A DNA stretch of 63,962 nt, filler included, from Choristocarpus tenellus KU-1152 (Eukaryota > Protista > Phaeophyceae), in the NCBI GenBank assembly GCA_964200185.2. It is 10 parts of 10 records of this genome, joined end to end, with 100 filler letters (N's around TTAATTAATTAA, not from the genome) between each part and the next. Parts side by side here need not be neighbours in the genome. Positions count along the whole stretch, not along the records: positions 12,899 to 18,534 come from CAXNAD020010173.1; positions 18,635 to 32,031 come from CAXNAD020001507.1; 8 more parts are not named here. One strand, written 5' to 3'. A model generated the notes under the pieces. The model was given only the letters and a program-made list of their open reading frames with translations. It did not search any database and was not told where the DNA came from. Each line of letters begins with the position of its first letter. Positions within the stretch are counted from its first letter, which is position 1. The translations under genes and the position numbers were made by a program. This document shows positions 13,720-24,914 of the stretch, one piece after another.

Positions 13720-14970
13720 TACCCAAATGTAGGAGCGGAAGTGCTCTACAGCCCACAAGACAGCCATGGATTCCCTTCCAGTGGGTGCTCTCCTACTGTC
13801 TGATTTAGACCATCTATGGCTAGCATATGCTATGACATGCTCTTGGTCATCATCCTGTACCTGGGTCAGAGTTGCTCCAGCTCCTTCCTCACTAGCATCA
13901 GTATGGAGGAGGAACTTCTTATCCCAGTCTGGAAAGACTAGGATTGGTGGAGAGATCAGACGCACCTTAAGTTCTTCAAAGGCTTTCTGCTCCTCCGTTC
14001 CCCAAGGGATACTTTTCTTCCTGTCTCTTTTGGAAGCATACCCTTTATTCCGGAGGATGTTAGTCAGAGGTGCCGCTACTTGGCCATAGTTCGGTACAAA
14101 CTATCTCATGTATCCTGTCATACCTAGGAAACTTCTTAACTGCTCAACTGTAGATGGGGGATCAAGTCTTGCTACTTCTATCATTTTTGATGGAGCAGGA
14201 TTCAAGTCATCTCTACCTACCTTCATTCCTACAAATTCGTTTGAGGGCATGCACCACGAGGATTTGGGAAAGTTCCTAGACAGGCCGTATTCTTGAGTCT
14301 GGTAAGAAGGAGGCGAAGTTTGGACATGTGTTCATCAAATGATGAGCTATAGCAAAAAAGATAATCTAGTCAGTTTTCTACACCGTTTCCTTTGAAATCT
14401 CCTAATGCCTCTCTCATGTAACTAGAGAATACTGCACGTAGGATTTTCAATCCAAAGCCACACCTGTTATATTCCCAAAGTTGTCCATGAGCGTCACGAA
14501 AGGCTGTCTTATGTTTGTCTACTTCTGCGATTTCTAGTTGAAAGAATCCCGATGCTAGATCTATGGCAGTGAAATAGCTAGAATCCTTAAGCTTTTCAAA
14601 GATGCTAGTGATGTTCCCGAGACCCACTATCACTACGCGAGAGATCGTTGAGAATCCTGTAGTCTGTGCACAACCTCAGAGTCCCATCTTTCTTACGTAC
14701 TGCTACTACTGCTGCTGCCCATGCTGAGGTGGAGGGTCTGATCACAACACGTTCCTGCAACTGCTTGACCTCGGCCTGAATCATCTGCGTTTCTTCAGGA
14801 GAAAAGCGCCTTTGTTTCTCTGCATAGGGTGTACAGTTCTCATCTAATAATGGTATATGTAGTACTCCTCTAGAGCACGGGGGAACTCGTTTGGGGCCTT
14901 CAGGGAATGCTCCTAAATTTCTAAAATCTTTCAACAATTCTACCAACTGTTTCTTCTGCCCTGGTGTCAA
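13720..14970 (-). pseudogene. pol: Gypsy reverse transcriptase / RNase H pseudogene
   Basis: RT and RNase H motifs are split across frames. The catalytic xxDD box has decayed (reads N*LDY at ~14360-14375), and there is an in-frame TAG in GYMR*FVPNY. Confidence 0.9.
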
Positions 14971-17152
14971 CTATCCCATATTGGCATCACTGAGGCTCAC
15001 CGATTGATGTCGGACCTCCTTGGCTTCGCCTGAAGGGGTTTCTTCTTCTTCTGCTACCGGGCAGTCGCCAGTCTCGTCTGCTTCTGGGGAATGCCTTGTC
15101 TGAAAACCAGTCTGAACCTGTGCTTTTTGAGGGTCTTTGGGGGGATGGGCTAGTGACTGAAAGGGTGCAACCACACTCTTTGTATCCTTAGTATTCAGAG
15201 CAATCGCCTTTGCAACTTTCAGCCCTGCCTGGACACTACTGGGCTTACTGCACGTATTTACCAGCTTGCAACAAATGGGGGTTCCTGGGTTCCACCATTG
15301 TACAACTCTGGCAATTCCGACAGCATTCCCTAATTCCAGGTTATACTCTGCTAAGGGCTCAATCGTCACAAACTATCTGGACTGTGGTTGTGCCCCCTTG
15401 ACAAGTCCTTTGCAGACTTTGCTGACAAACCCTTGTACATGTTCTACTTCTGACAGGCGCATTTCCCATTGCAGGGTCCCATCATCCTCCCACGCTACCT
15501 CTACCGGAAGGGGTACTACACCTGGACTCTCCAATGATCGGGTCAGAGGATCCTTTTCCTGGGTAAGATCTATATTGGCGATACCTACCTCTGGATCCGC
15601 ATCTTGTGTGCCTGCTTCTGGGTCTACATAAAAAAGTTGCATGTTCCTTGTGTGGTGGTGTATGCTCACCAGTTAGAGTACGAGTGCATCTTGGGAGTCT
15701 AGGGAGTGTGTCAGGGGGGGGCTCTCTACATTCAGCTGATCTGGGGTTATTGGGAGGCGGTCTGTGGTACTTGGATGGTCGGATTGTGGGTGTCATTAAT
15801 GCTTGCCATTCTCCTAGGGCTGACAAGGGTGCATTATTATCACGAGATCGGGGTGTCACAGCTCGAACAAAAGGTATCCATGGTGAGTTTGGAGCTGGTC
15901 GAGAGCCTTCCCCCTCTCTAAATCACAGTGTGCTCTTGTTCTGCCTACAGAATGCTGCTCCCAGAACCATCCCTAAAGTAAGCCTTCCACTACTCTAAAT
16001 GTCACATTGTGGACTCTATCCTCTGGGGGAAACAATATTGGCAGTATGCAGGATCCTAGTACCTGCATAGGTGGGGTGCTGCATCCTTTCGGGTTTGCCG
16101 CATGCGACGTTCCTTTACCTGTTTGGCTAAGGTGTGGTAGGCCGGTGCTGCCTCCCCAGAGGGTAGTACTGCGCCAAAAAGCAGACGAAATGTAGTTCCC
16201 ACCTCCTGCACCTGTGTCAAGGAGTATCTGTACAGGCATTCTCGAGCGGACTTTGCGAGGGTGTCACAGCAGTGCAGATAGCCATACTTGACTAGTTCGT
16301 TGGGCAGTTGACATAGTGGATATTGTCGAGGTAAGTGTGGGGGTCATCCTTCCTATGGCTACAGTGTCTAAGTTCCCTGGAGCTGAAGACTCCAGGGCGC
16401 ACCCTCAAGGCAACTCGGGAACTTCGGAATCGGTTGCTTGCAAATAGTGGCGGAAACTCAATGTCCTGCATCGCGGCGACGTAGTGCAAATGGGAATCTG
16501 TCAAGGCTGCCATCGTACGTGACTTATTTGTTGAGGTAGTACTCGGCTTATCTTGGGACAGATATGCAAAGTAACCCTTAGGTACTACAGAGTCGTCGTG
16601 AGTATACCTGCACCTATGACCGATAGACTTCAAGTATTCACGATCAAAAGCATGATGGAAACAAACTCGATGTGCCTTGAGCCACTCGACAACCTCATCT
16701 TAGGAAGCAGATGGTGAAGGTAAATCCTTACCCAAATGGTGTCGACCTGCATCACTCGCTCTGTCTGTGGTTATAGAGAACGTGGATCGGGGCACAGACT
16801 GGGTGGTGGGTGTTGCCGGTCGAACAGGCGCGGATGCATTGCTCTTCGAAACGAAAGTGGTCCCATGTTTCCCAGGAACAGAAGCAGGTTGGTTTGTCAA
16901 CGCAGCACAGACAATGGGCAGGGTTTTTTGGGACAAAACAGGTTGGAGCATCGGTGCAAGGGCCGCCACCACACTGTTGACCACCTGTTGGTGTGGTGGT
17001 GGATTCTGGCCTGGCACCTCCTGCGGCAAGGATGTCCTGCTATGTTGAGGTGGTTCCAGTTCCAGTCTGCCTATCGGAGTGTCAACTGGGGCAGATAAAG
17101 GGTCGGATATGCTTGTAAACATAGCACGACGAGCGTTAGCCATGCTACCTAG

Positions 17153-17526
17153 TGTTGAACTATCCCACACTGGACCTGCAGCTTTTGTGGTGCATTAATG
17201 AAGCACAAAGAACAGCTTGATGTAGATGAGCAATGTTAGTATTACAAGGGTCTTTGTTGTCTCGATTCTGCTGACTGAGCTCGTGGGTGAGACTAGCCTA
17301 AACTACCATATTACTATTCTACAGTGTGGGGTTTGAAATCGTCCACACTAATTTACTATGAATTACTTATTTACTTATCTTAAGTATAGGAAATATATAT
17401 TGAACATGATCTAAAACCAATCAACACTATGAGTCAGTACATATAATATATCTGTTACTGGCTCTCCATCCTATTATCTAATCCACCGGTGGTGTCTACG
17501 TGTATCAGTAGCACTATCTACGAACA
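17153..17526. mobile_element. Solo LTR (374 bp) nested in Gypsy gag
   Basis: TGTTGAAC...ACGAACA (TG...CA ends) with 5-bp flanks CCTAG/CCTAA. Removing it restores the gag reading TPTALGSMANARR. Confidence 0.8.
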
Positions 17527-18195
17527 CCTAAAGCAGTAGGTGTCTTATCTTTAGACGATGCAGGTTTTGCAGATTTTGATTGGTTGGGAAAAATGCGTAC
17601 TGGTCGCTACGATTGGACAATTCTTCAATAAGATTATCAAAGATCCGTTCTGCTTTAATTCCCCGCTGTACCATTTCATCTCCTAATGGATTATTCTGGG
17701 AAATTGCCAGTGGGCGAATTTGGTTCCGAATCTCCTTTGGAAATGAAATTGCTGTCGCTGTACTCCAATCTGATCTAGAACACTGGGAAGAAGGATAGGA
17801 AGAGCTCAATTGCAAAGATCAATGAGTTGATCTTCAGCTATATACCTCCAAAAAAAAGTTGTCTCGCAAACATGAGGCATCCGCGAATCTACGGTGTATG
17901 CTCGATAATGTAAGACAAGCCTGTTGACCGCAGCTTTCCACGATTCCCCTCTCTCGGTTCTTAAAGAACTCAATGCGTTCTTTACGGCATTCTTCGACTG
18001 ACTATACGAAAGGGTGTATTCTCTCACCAGGATACGAACCCACTCGGTTGCTGTCATGTCTTCCCGAGGAACCTGAAGGAGGTGTCCGGTGACGCTCGGG
18101 ACTTCCACTGTAGATGAGTCGCTTAGGAGATCACTGTGGGTCCTAAGAGAGTCAGACAGTAGTTGCTCAAGAAGCTCGATGTGGAAAGGCGTAAG

Positions 18196-18534
18196 TGTTG
18201 AACTATCCCACACTGGACCCGTGGCTTTTATGGTGCTTTAATGAAGGACAAAGAACAGCTTGATGTAGATGAACAAAGTTGATATTACAAGGGTCTTTAT
18301 GGTCTCGATTCCGCTGACTGAGCATGCGGATGAGACTAGCCTAAACTACCATATTAATATTCTACAGTGTGGGGTTTGTAATCGTCCACACTAATTTACT
18401 GTGAATAACTTATTTACTTGTCTTAAGTATAGGAAGTGTATCTTGAATATGATAAAAAAAAAACAATCAACACTATGAGTCAGTACATATAATATATCTG
18501 TCACTGGCTCTCCATCCTATTATCTAACCCACCG
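18196..18534. mobile_element. Second LTR copy of the same family, truncated at contig end
   Basis: Direct repeat of 17153-17490 starting TGTTGAACTATCCCACACTGGACC, with scattered substitutions. Confidence 0.85.
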
Positions 18535-18634
18535 NNNNNNNNNNNNNNNNNNNNNNNNNNNNNNNNNNNNNNNNNNNNTTAATTAATTAANNNNNNNNNN
18601 NNNNNNNNNNNNNNNNNNNNNNNNNNNNNNNNNN
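18535..18634. other. Artificial contig linker
   Basis: N44-TTAATTAATTAA-N44. Confidence 0.98.
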
Positions 18635-18659
18635 CACCCCCTCCCAGATACTTTGAGCC
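18635..18659. mobile_element. MITE family B terminal inverted repeat at contig start
   Basis: CACCCCCTCCCAGATACTTTGAGCC is the reverse complement of the family B end. Confidence 0.55.
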
Positions 18660-19731
18660 TGGTCAACCCACCACCACCACCATTCTATGTTTCCATGGAG
18701 CTCTTTAGTCAATGTCACCAACCTTTGCTCCATTTACGTTGTCCCTGCTATTATATTTTTTTGAAGGTCCTGTCAACCTAAGGAGTCTCCATACAAATAA
18801 CCTTACCACTCGTTTCAGAGTATATACACTGCATACCATAGATTTCCTGTTGTCTTCGTCATACTTTCTTTCTCCAACCTGACCAGTTCCGTACCAATCA
18901 TTTCAACGGACGCTTCAACCTCCGTGGGCGGTAATGCCTTTCACATGTTACGCGTATCCACCATGAGCTCCAACGTTGCCATATTGGTGTCCTATCCTGT
19001 CCATTTCTTCTTGAAACGACCTGGGGATTTATTGATTTTTCTCACCAAACGATCTCAGGTAATAATGGTAGGAAATTAACGAACGTGTCGCTCAAAAACA
19101 TCTCCTTCCCCCCTTATCATCTAGTACTTCCACATTACAAGTGTTGTTCATGTACAATCTTGTAAAAATGGATCATTCGGTCCTCCCCCTTAACCTTCTT
19201 CCGCGTTCTGATGGTTTCGCAACCGTGATTCTCGCATGAATCTGGGTGTATTTAGTATTTATTTTCTATATTCTCGAGTATTACAGTATCAATGCTTTAG
19301 GACCACGCAAACAAGCACCACCAACCCAGAGGACACCGCCACCCAAACTGAAGTCTGAAACCCACCACTATCATTGTGGAATGTGTAAGCAAAATAATAA
19401 GCATCGTATGGATTGGTCCCTGTTAACCTTGGCGCATCTTCTATGTCATTGTTGACAGTATAAAGTTTTTGGTTCTTGTCCGTAATTGGTACATTTTCCG
19501 CACAAAAACTGCTCTTCCCCTAACTTAATAGATTGAGCATAATCGAAATTTGTCTCTGCGTTAACGCCTCCCCATTTCTCCCACTTTTAGCCCCTCTCCA
19601 GAGCTCAAGTCATCAAGAGCCCGATTTTGGTGGACTCTTTAATTGCATCCACTGGGGGGGAGATGCGCAGGAACGGAGTATCATACATACTTGTTTTTGA
19701 AAGTTTGGGCTATTCCCAACTCAACGTCTTT

Positions 19732-19990
19732 GAGCCAATGTATCTTAGGGGGTAGAGCCGTGTCCATTTGGGAACCAAAATCCAATGTTGCAATTTTTAT
19801 GTAATTTTGACTGTTGTTATTGTTAGGAAGTGTCAATATCTATGTTTTGGACACACCTTTTCACAGCATACACACTTTACCTACTCCTAAACATTTTGGA
19901 TCAGAAGAATGTCATAAAAGAACCAATGGGAAGACAAGCCCCAAATGGACAAACAAGGCAAAACTCGTACCCTCTAAGATACTTTCACTC
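19732..19990 (+). mobile_element. MITE family A copy 5
   Basis: GAGCCAATGTATCTTAGGGGGTAG...TACCCTCTAAGATACTTTCACTC; flanked by TTT on both sides. Confidence 0.92.
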
Positions 19991-21039
19991 TTTATCTATC
20001 TTGATTGCTTCCTCTGTCGTGCCTGTCTGCGCTGCAGTGATCCCTCTATTGTAACAATAGTTGTAAGTTTTATTGTTCCATAATTGCACCAGGAACTCCA
20101 ATGTGTCTCACAAACAATTATCTATCAATCTTTGGGAAGACTTTCTAATCTCCAAAGTAAGCATTAATCCTTCTCCCGTCTAGGTGTGGGATCAACAATC
20201 CTCCATCCAACTGTCTTGCCACCCCCCACATACCTGGCGTCATCCGCAATAGGTCTGCTGCTGTGCGCCTGCATTATCTGTGTCCACCTCTACCTATCCT
20301 GTTTTTGTCTCCAATAAGTCCTCCGCCACCTTCAGTCTTAGATCAGCCCGGAACTAACCTCTTCTCGTCTCCACCAGGAGGCAACTGCCAGAGCCCAGAG
20401 GCCAGGTAGTTGAACCTTTATGATACCTGACAAAACCCTGAACCCAAACCAACGTTAGGGGTCCCAAACCCCTGAACCTCCAGGAGGAACCCACAACACC
20501 ATACTATCCGTTGGTTCTAAAACTCCAATCACTCTCTTCAGGATAACTAAACCGAACGTTGTTTCTGAAACGTGTGGCATTACACGTGGCCTAACCTCAG
20601 GGTTTGACAACACTCCGCTGGCCTTAGTGTTTCCCCAATTCGTGAAGCCATGTGTATCCCCACTGCAAGGTTCCAATCGTTAACATATTGACCAATCTTG
20701 AATTCCGTCTGACTTGGACCACTCTCACTGGGTCCAACACATTTGTGCTGTCAATCCGGTCCGAATTCCTTGTGACAATCAACTGAACTCCCTGGACCCA
20801 CTTGTAAATACGCGTGGATAAGACTTATTGTACAATGTGTCAGGGATCACCCTAGAATCCTTCGCTGTACCAAAAGGATGAACGAAATGTTGATTCCGAA
20901 ACAGTGACCCAACCTCAGGTTTTGACAGTCCGCCACCGTTCCTTGTCTCTCCCCGTTTTTTCCCTACCTTAGGGTCCGAAACGCCTGAATATCCCATCAA
21001 ATGCTCCACTAAAGTCATAGATCCGATAAAACTGGATCA

Positions 21040-21720
21040 ACCTTGACATCTTTGAATGGACAAAAAAACAGATCCAAAACATATGGACTAACTAACCATA
21101 GGGTCCAATTATCTAGATAACCTATTGGGTACAAACCATCTGGACTGACGGTAGGATAAATAATAGGATCCAATTCATCTAGATTAGGTAACAGGTAAAA
21201 AATGCTCTGGGTGGACTGTAGGCTCAACTACAGGGTCCAGACTATCTGTATTGATTGTAGGACCAACCTTACGGTCTATAGGCTCCAAATCATCTTGACT
21301 ACCCTCTGGATCCAAAACCTCTGGACGAACTGTAGCGCCAACCGTTGGGTCCAACCTATCTGGACTGACCATAGGACCAATCAAAGTGTCCTATTCATCC
21401 ATTCATCAAGGCCAACCCGACAACCCAAAGCCTCTAGACGGACTGTAGGATCAACTGTTGAGTCCAAACCATGTGGACTGACTATAGGACTAACCATAGG
21501 GTCCAAATCAACTAGACCAACTATCAGCCCCAAAACCTTAGGACGGGCTGTAGTACCCAACCATAGAGTCCAGACTATCCGTACTGATTGAAGGACCAAT
21601 CATAGGGCCCAATTCATCTGGAACAACCTCTGGTTCCAAAAAACCTCTGAACTGACGGTTAGGTCCTAGATCCCCACCCCAATCGCAAGAATCGAACCTC
21701 CTGGACCCGCTATTGGACCC
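21040..21720 (-). repeat. Diverged ~39-bp minisatellite (13-codon period)
   Basis: Recurring GGACTGAC..TAGGACCAA.CATAGGGTCCAA units. Minus-strand ORF fragments read D.LDP.VGPTV.P repeatedly. Confidence 0.7.
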
Positions 21721-24700
21721 CACGCACCTCCACGAAAACGCAACGCTCGAGGGGTCTGGACTAAGGTAAGGTTCTTTGCTGGACCAACCTGAGTATCAAA
21801 TTTATCTTAAGTCACTGTAGGGTTCCAGAACTCCTGGATCAACTGTAATGTCCCAACTCCCTTCACCTGTTGGGAGGTGTAAGCTATCCGAGTCTCAAAT
21901 ACCTAGGTCACTCTTTAGGTCCCAGGCACCACAACTAAACTCTTTCCCACCGTTTATGACTAGGAGTTTTTACAGTTTCGCGATGATATATTCTTCATAT
22001 TCTTTTCTGATTCCGTCTAGACACCAACTAATACTGGTCCAGGTATAGGATCCCTCACGTTACCTGATGCCCATGACTCCCATAGTAGCATTTCTTCTTA
22101 CAGTTAGTCCTTCAACATAATGGAGCCCGTATCCTTAGGTTTTCAGCTTCTTGAGAATGGGTCGCACAGGCGTACAGGAGCTTGCTCTCCCCACATGCGC
22201 CCTTTGTGGATTAATGTTCACTGCTGAGTCAGGCTTGGCGTAGCCCTCACTGTACTTCCCACTACGCTCCTAAACCTCCCTCCTCCCGATCCTCCTCCTC
22301 CTTAACTTACCCCCCCCATTCCTGCACGCCCAGATCCCATATTCCCCGATCTTCCACTCCCCCCCACTCAAGCTCTCCTTCCTCGCCTCAACTGGCTCCA
22401 CCACATCAAAAGAACAGCAGAAATGTTTGGTCTCGTCAGGTGAAATTATGTTGTCATAATCCAATTGCATGGTTTGGCAATCTTCCTAAATTGTAGTCTA
22501 TCTCTTCCTAAACATCCAACTCCGTGTTTCCTCCTCGGTGTCATCAAACTCACATGTGCAGCCAAAACCTTTGATATCGTTGAGTGATTCCTCTACTCTG
22601 GGGTTGGGGGGTAGAGGGAGAGACATTACTATCCCTACTCGACTATTCATTGGTCTGACTTTCAGCGACATGATTTTCCGCTTTACGATATGATCATGGG
22701 CCAATACTATCTTCAATCTAATGTACTATCTGTTCTGAGTTGAAATGTCGTCGCGAGGCATCTGAATGCCTCACGAAAAAAATAGGGTCTTATTATTGCA
22801 TATTGTAATAATCAGTAACAAATACTCCTTGGTCAACCTCTTGGCCTCATTTTGTGGCTGCAAACCTGTATTAGAATATTTCTATATTGCCGGTTATTGA
22901 AGGTATCAATGATATACTGGAGACGGACCTAGTCGAGGCTGACCCTTTTCCACCTGGTCTTCTTAGGGCGAATCACAGAACTTCAAGTCTGCCTTATATT
23001 TTATTCTATGTGCTTGGATACATAATAGATAGCACCTACCCACCTTCCAGGAATTCTTCCTTGCAAACACCCCAAAGCCTTTTGCTGTAAAGGGCGCCTC
23101 TGTTGGAACACCTCCACTCAATGCTGGCAGCCTCAGATACCCTTGCGAAAACCAAAGCTTTTCCTCTTCTTTGGCCTGTTTCTCTCTCTACACCTCGACC
23201 ACCTGCAGTAGTAGTGTCTACTGCAACACGGTCAATATGGTGTCGGGTCAATTCCCCCCCTGGTTTTCCACTGACACTTGTGAGTTTCTCTCTACCAGGT
23301 GCTTGAGATTTACTTCGACATGTACCTGCTGCCCACAAGCTTTCCGTTGATGTTTGTGATATCATTATTCAGTCCTCCTAGATATAGCTCCCTTCATGAG
23401 CGGGATCTCCTCTCTCACAATTTATAACTACAATTATTCAAATCCTCACCGTCATCATCCCCGCAATGACCATAGGTCCTTGATTGGTCTCCACCACCCG
23501 CTTCATCATTCTCTCTTCCATGTACCCTTGTTTCACGTCCTGACTGAGTCTCCATCACAAACGAATTAATGAAGTAATTCAACACCAATACTACTCCTTA
23601 ACGTACTTTCCCCCCTTCTCGAGTATTCCGCCAGCAATCCCTCTCTTCCTCCACTGGCCACCTACCTCTCTGCTTTTCAACTACATTTCCAGCTCCTCTG
23701 TACCTATACTTCAACTGAAAAAAACTCTTGAATATATAATTTTCAATACCTTCACTTGGCGTAATACTTTCTTCCGCTTAAAAAAATATATTACTATCAC
23801 TTTCCAGAACAAATATTATTGACGATGTGTTGCATTCGCATGAAAAATACACTACCAACCGTGAAGATGCGTATGCTCGGTCCAATGATATTCTCCCACA
23901 GGACAAATCAGACTGGGGGATGGTCACCGTCAGGTTCCTCATGAAGACTAGGCCCTCCTGTTGGACGTGTGCCAATGCAAGCAATCTATCATACACAGTC
24001 GTAGTGCGAATCTAAATGGAAATGTCTCCATAACAATACTGTATATAGTTGATGCAATCTGATACGCGAACACGACTTGCTACCACATGTTGACACCTAC
24101 GTCTAGAAAACGACTTCATCGTCCATAACTCTGGTGACTTTTTTTGCGAGTGTATGCACTGTCACCGCTGCAAAGAAGGCCTTCGAAATCATGTTCTTGA
24201 GATTTTTTAGCGAGGGTGAGAGCTAAAATGATGGTGTCTTATACTTTTTTACGGTACGTAGGAAATTGGATTCTAAGACTGATTGCTACACCTACTCACA
24301 TTTGTAATTGCGCATTCTGAATGGTGTGTTAGTTTGTTGATTGGCTTCCTAAAGTGTAAAAAGAGGGAGGTTTGTTGGGGATTTCAATTGTTCTTCTTTC
24401 TTCTTCGTCTTCTTGTTCTGATTTTACTATAGTCATCATCAAATGGGTACGGGATAGTCCCGACCCGAGGTCAGAGACTCCATACTCTACGCTACTCCTC
24501 ATACTTCTTGATCAACTGTTGCACTACGACTAACTGTACAACCTACTTCTCTCTTTTGAGTTAGGCACCTCCCACTACCGTTTGCCAATCTGTCTCCTCC
24601 TCGACTCTTCTGCTGGACCCGTCCCGAAGTTTTCCCCTTGATGTTGTACCAGAGTCTTTGTGATATAGTGCCAAGATGATGTGCACAGGTGTACAATTCG

Positions 24701-24914
24701 TTGTCTTTGTCACATTGAATAACATAACCAAAACCAAATTTCCGTTAAAAGATGTCTGTCGTCGAAGAGGTTCGAACCAGCTGAATTGACCAAGGTACCC
24801 CCCCCCAAAAAATCAAAATCCCACGAGTGTTGTTACAAACTCCTATTTTGGTTAAAAGTTGTCTAACAAAGATGTAGAAACAGACTTTAGAAGTAGTGGT
24901 ATCTTACACTGGCT

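Larger units (their letters stand above)
13720..18195 (-). mobile_element. Degenerate Ty3/Gypsy LTR retrotransposon internal region (gag-PR-RT-RNase H)
   Basis: Minus-strand order: gag-like fragments (16292-18195); protease ILLDTGAGGGNYIS (15973-16239); RT with IRPSTSAWAAAVVAVRKKDGTLRLCTDYRILN and IDLASGFFQL...KTAF (14370-14970); RNase H PPILVFPDWDKKFLLHTDAS...VIAYAS...VLWAVEHFRSY (13720-13965). It has many stops and frameshifts, and no integrase was seen. Confidence 0.95.

Noticed and set aside
13720-16702. TAG reassigned to Gln (alternative genetic code)
   Set aside because: In-frame TAGs occur only in decayed elements that also have TAA/TGA stops and frameshifts; none of the reconstructed host exons contains an internal TAG.
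17153-18534. TRIM-like mini-retrotransposon formed by the two LTRs
   Set aside because: No PBS or clear PPT, the first LTR has its own TSD, and the interior is continuous gag of the host element.
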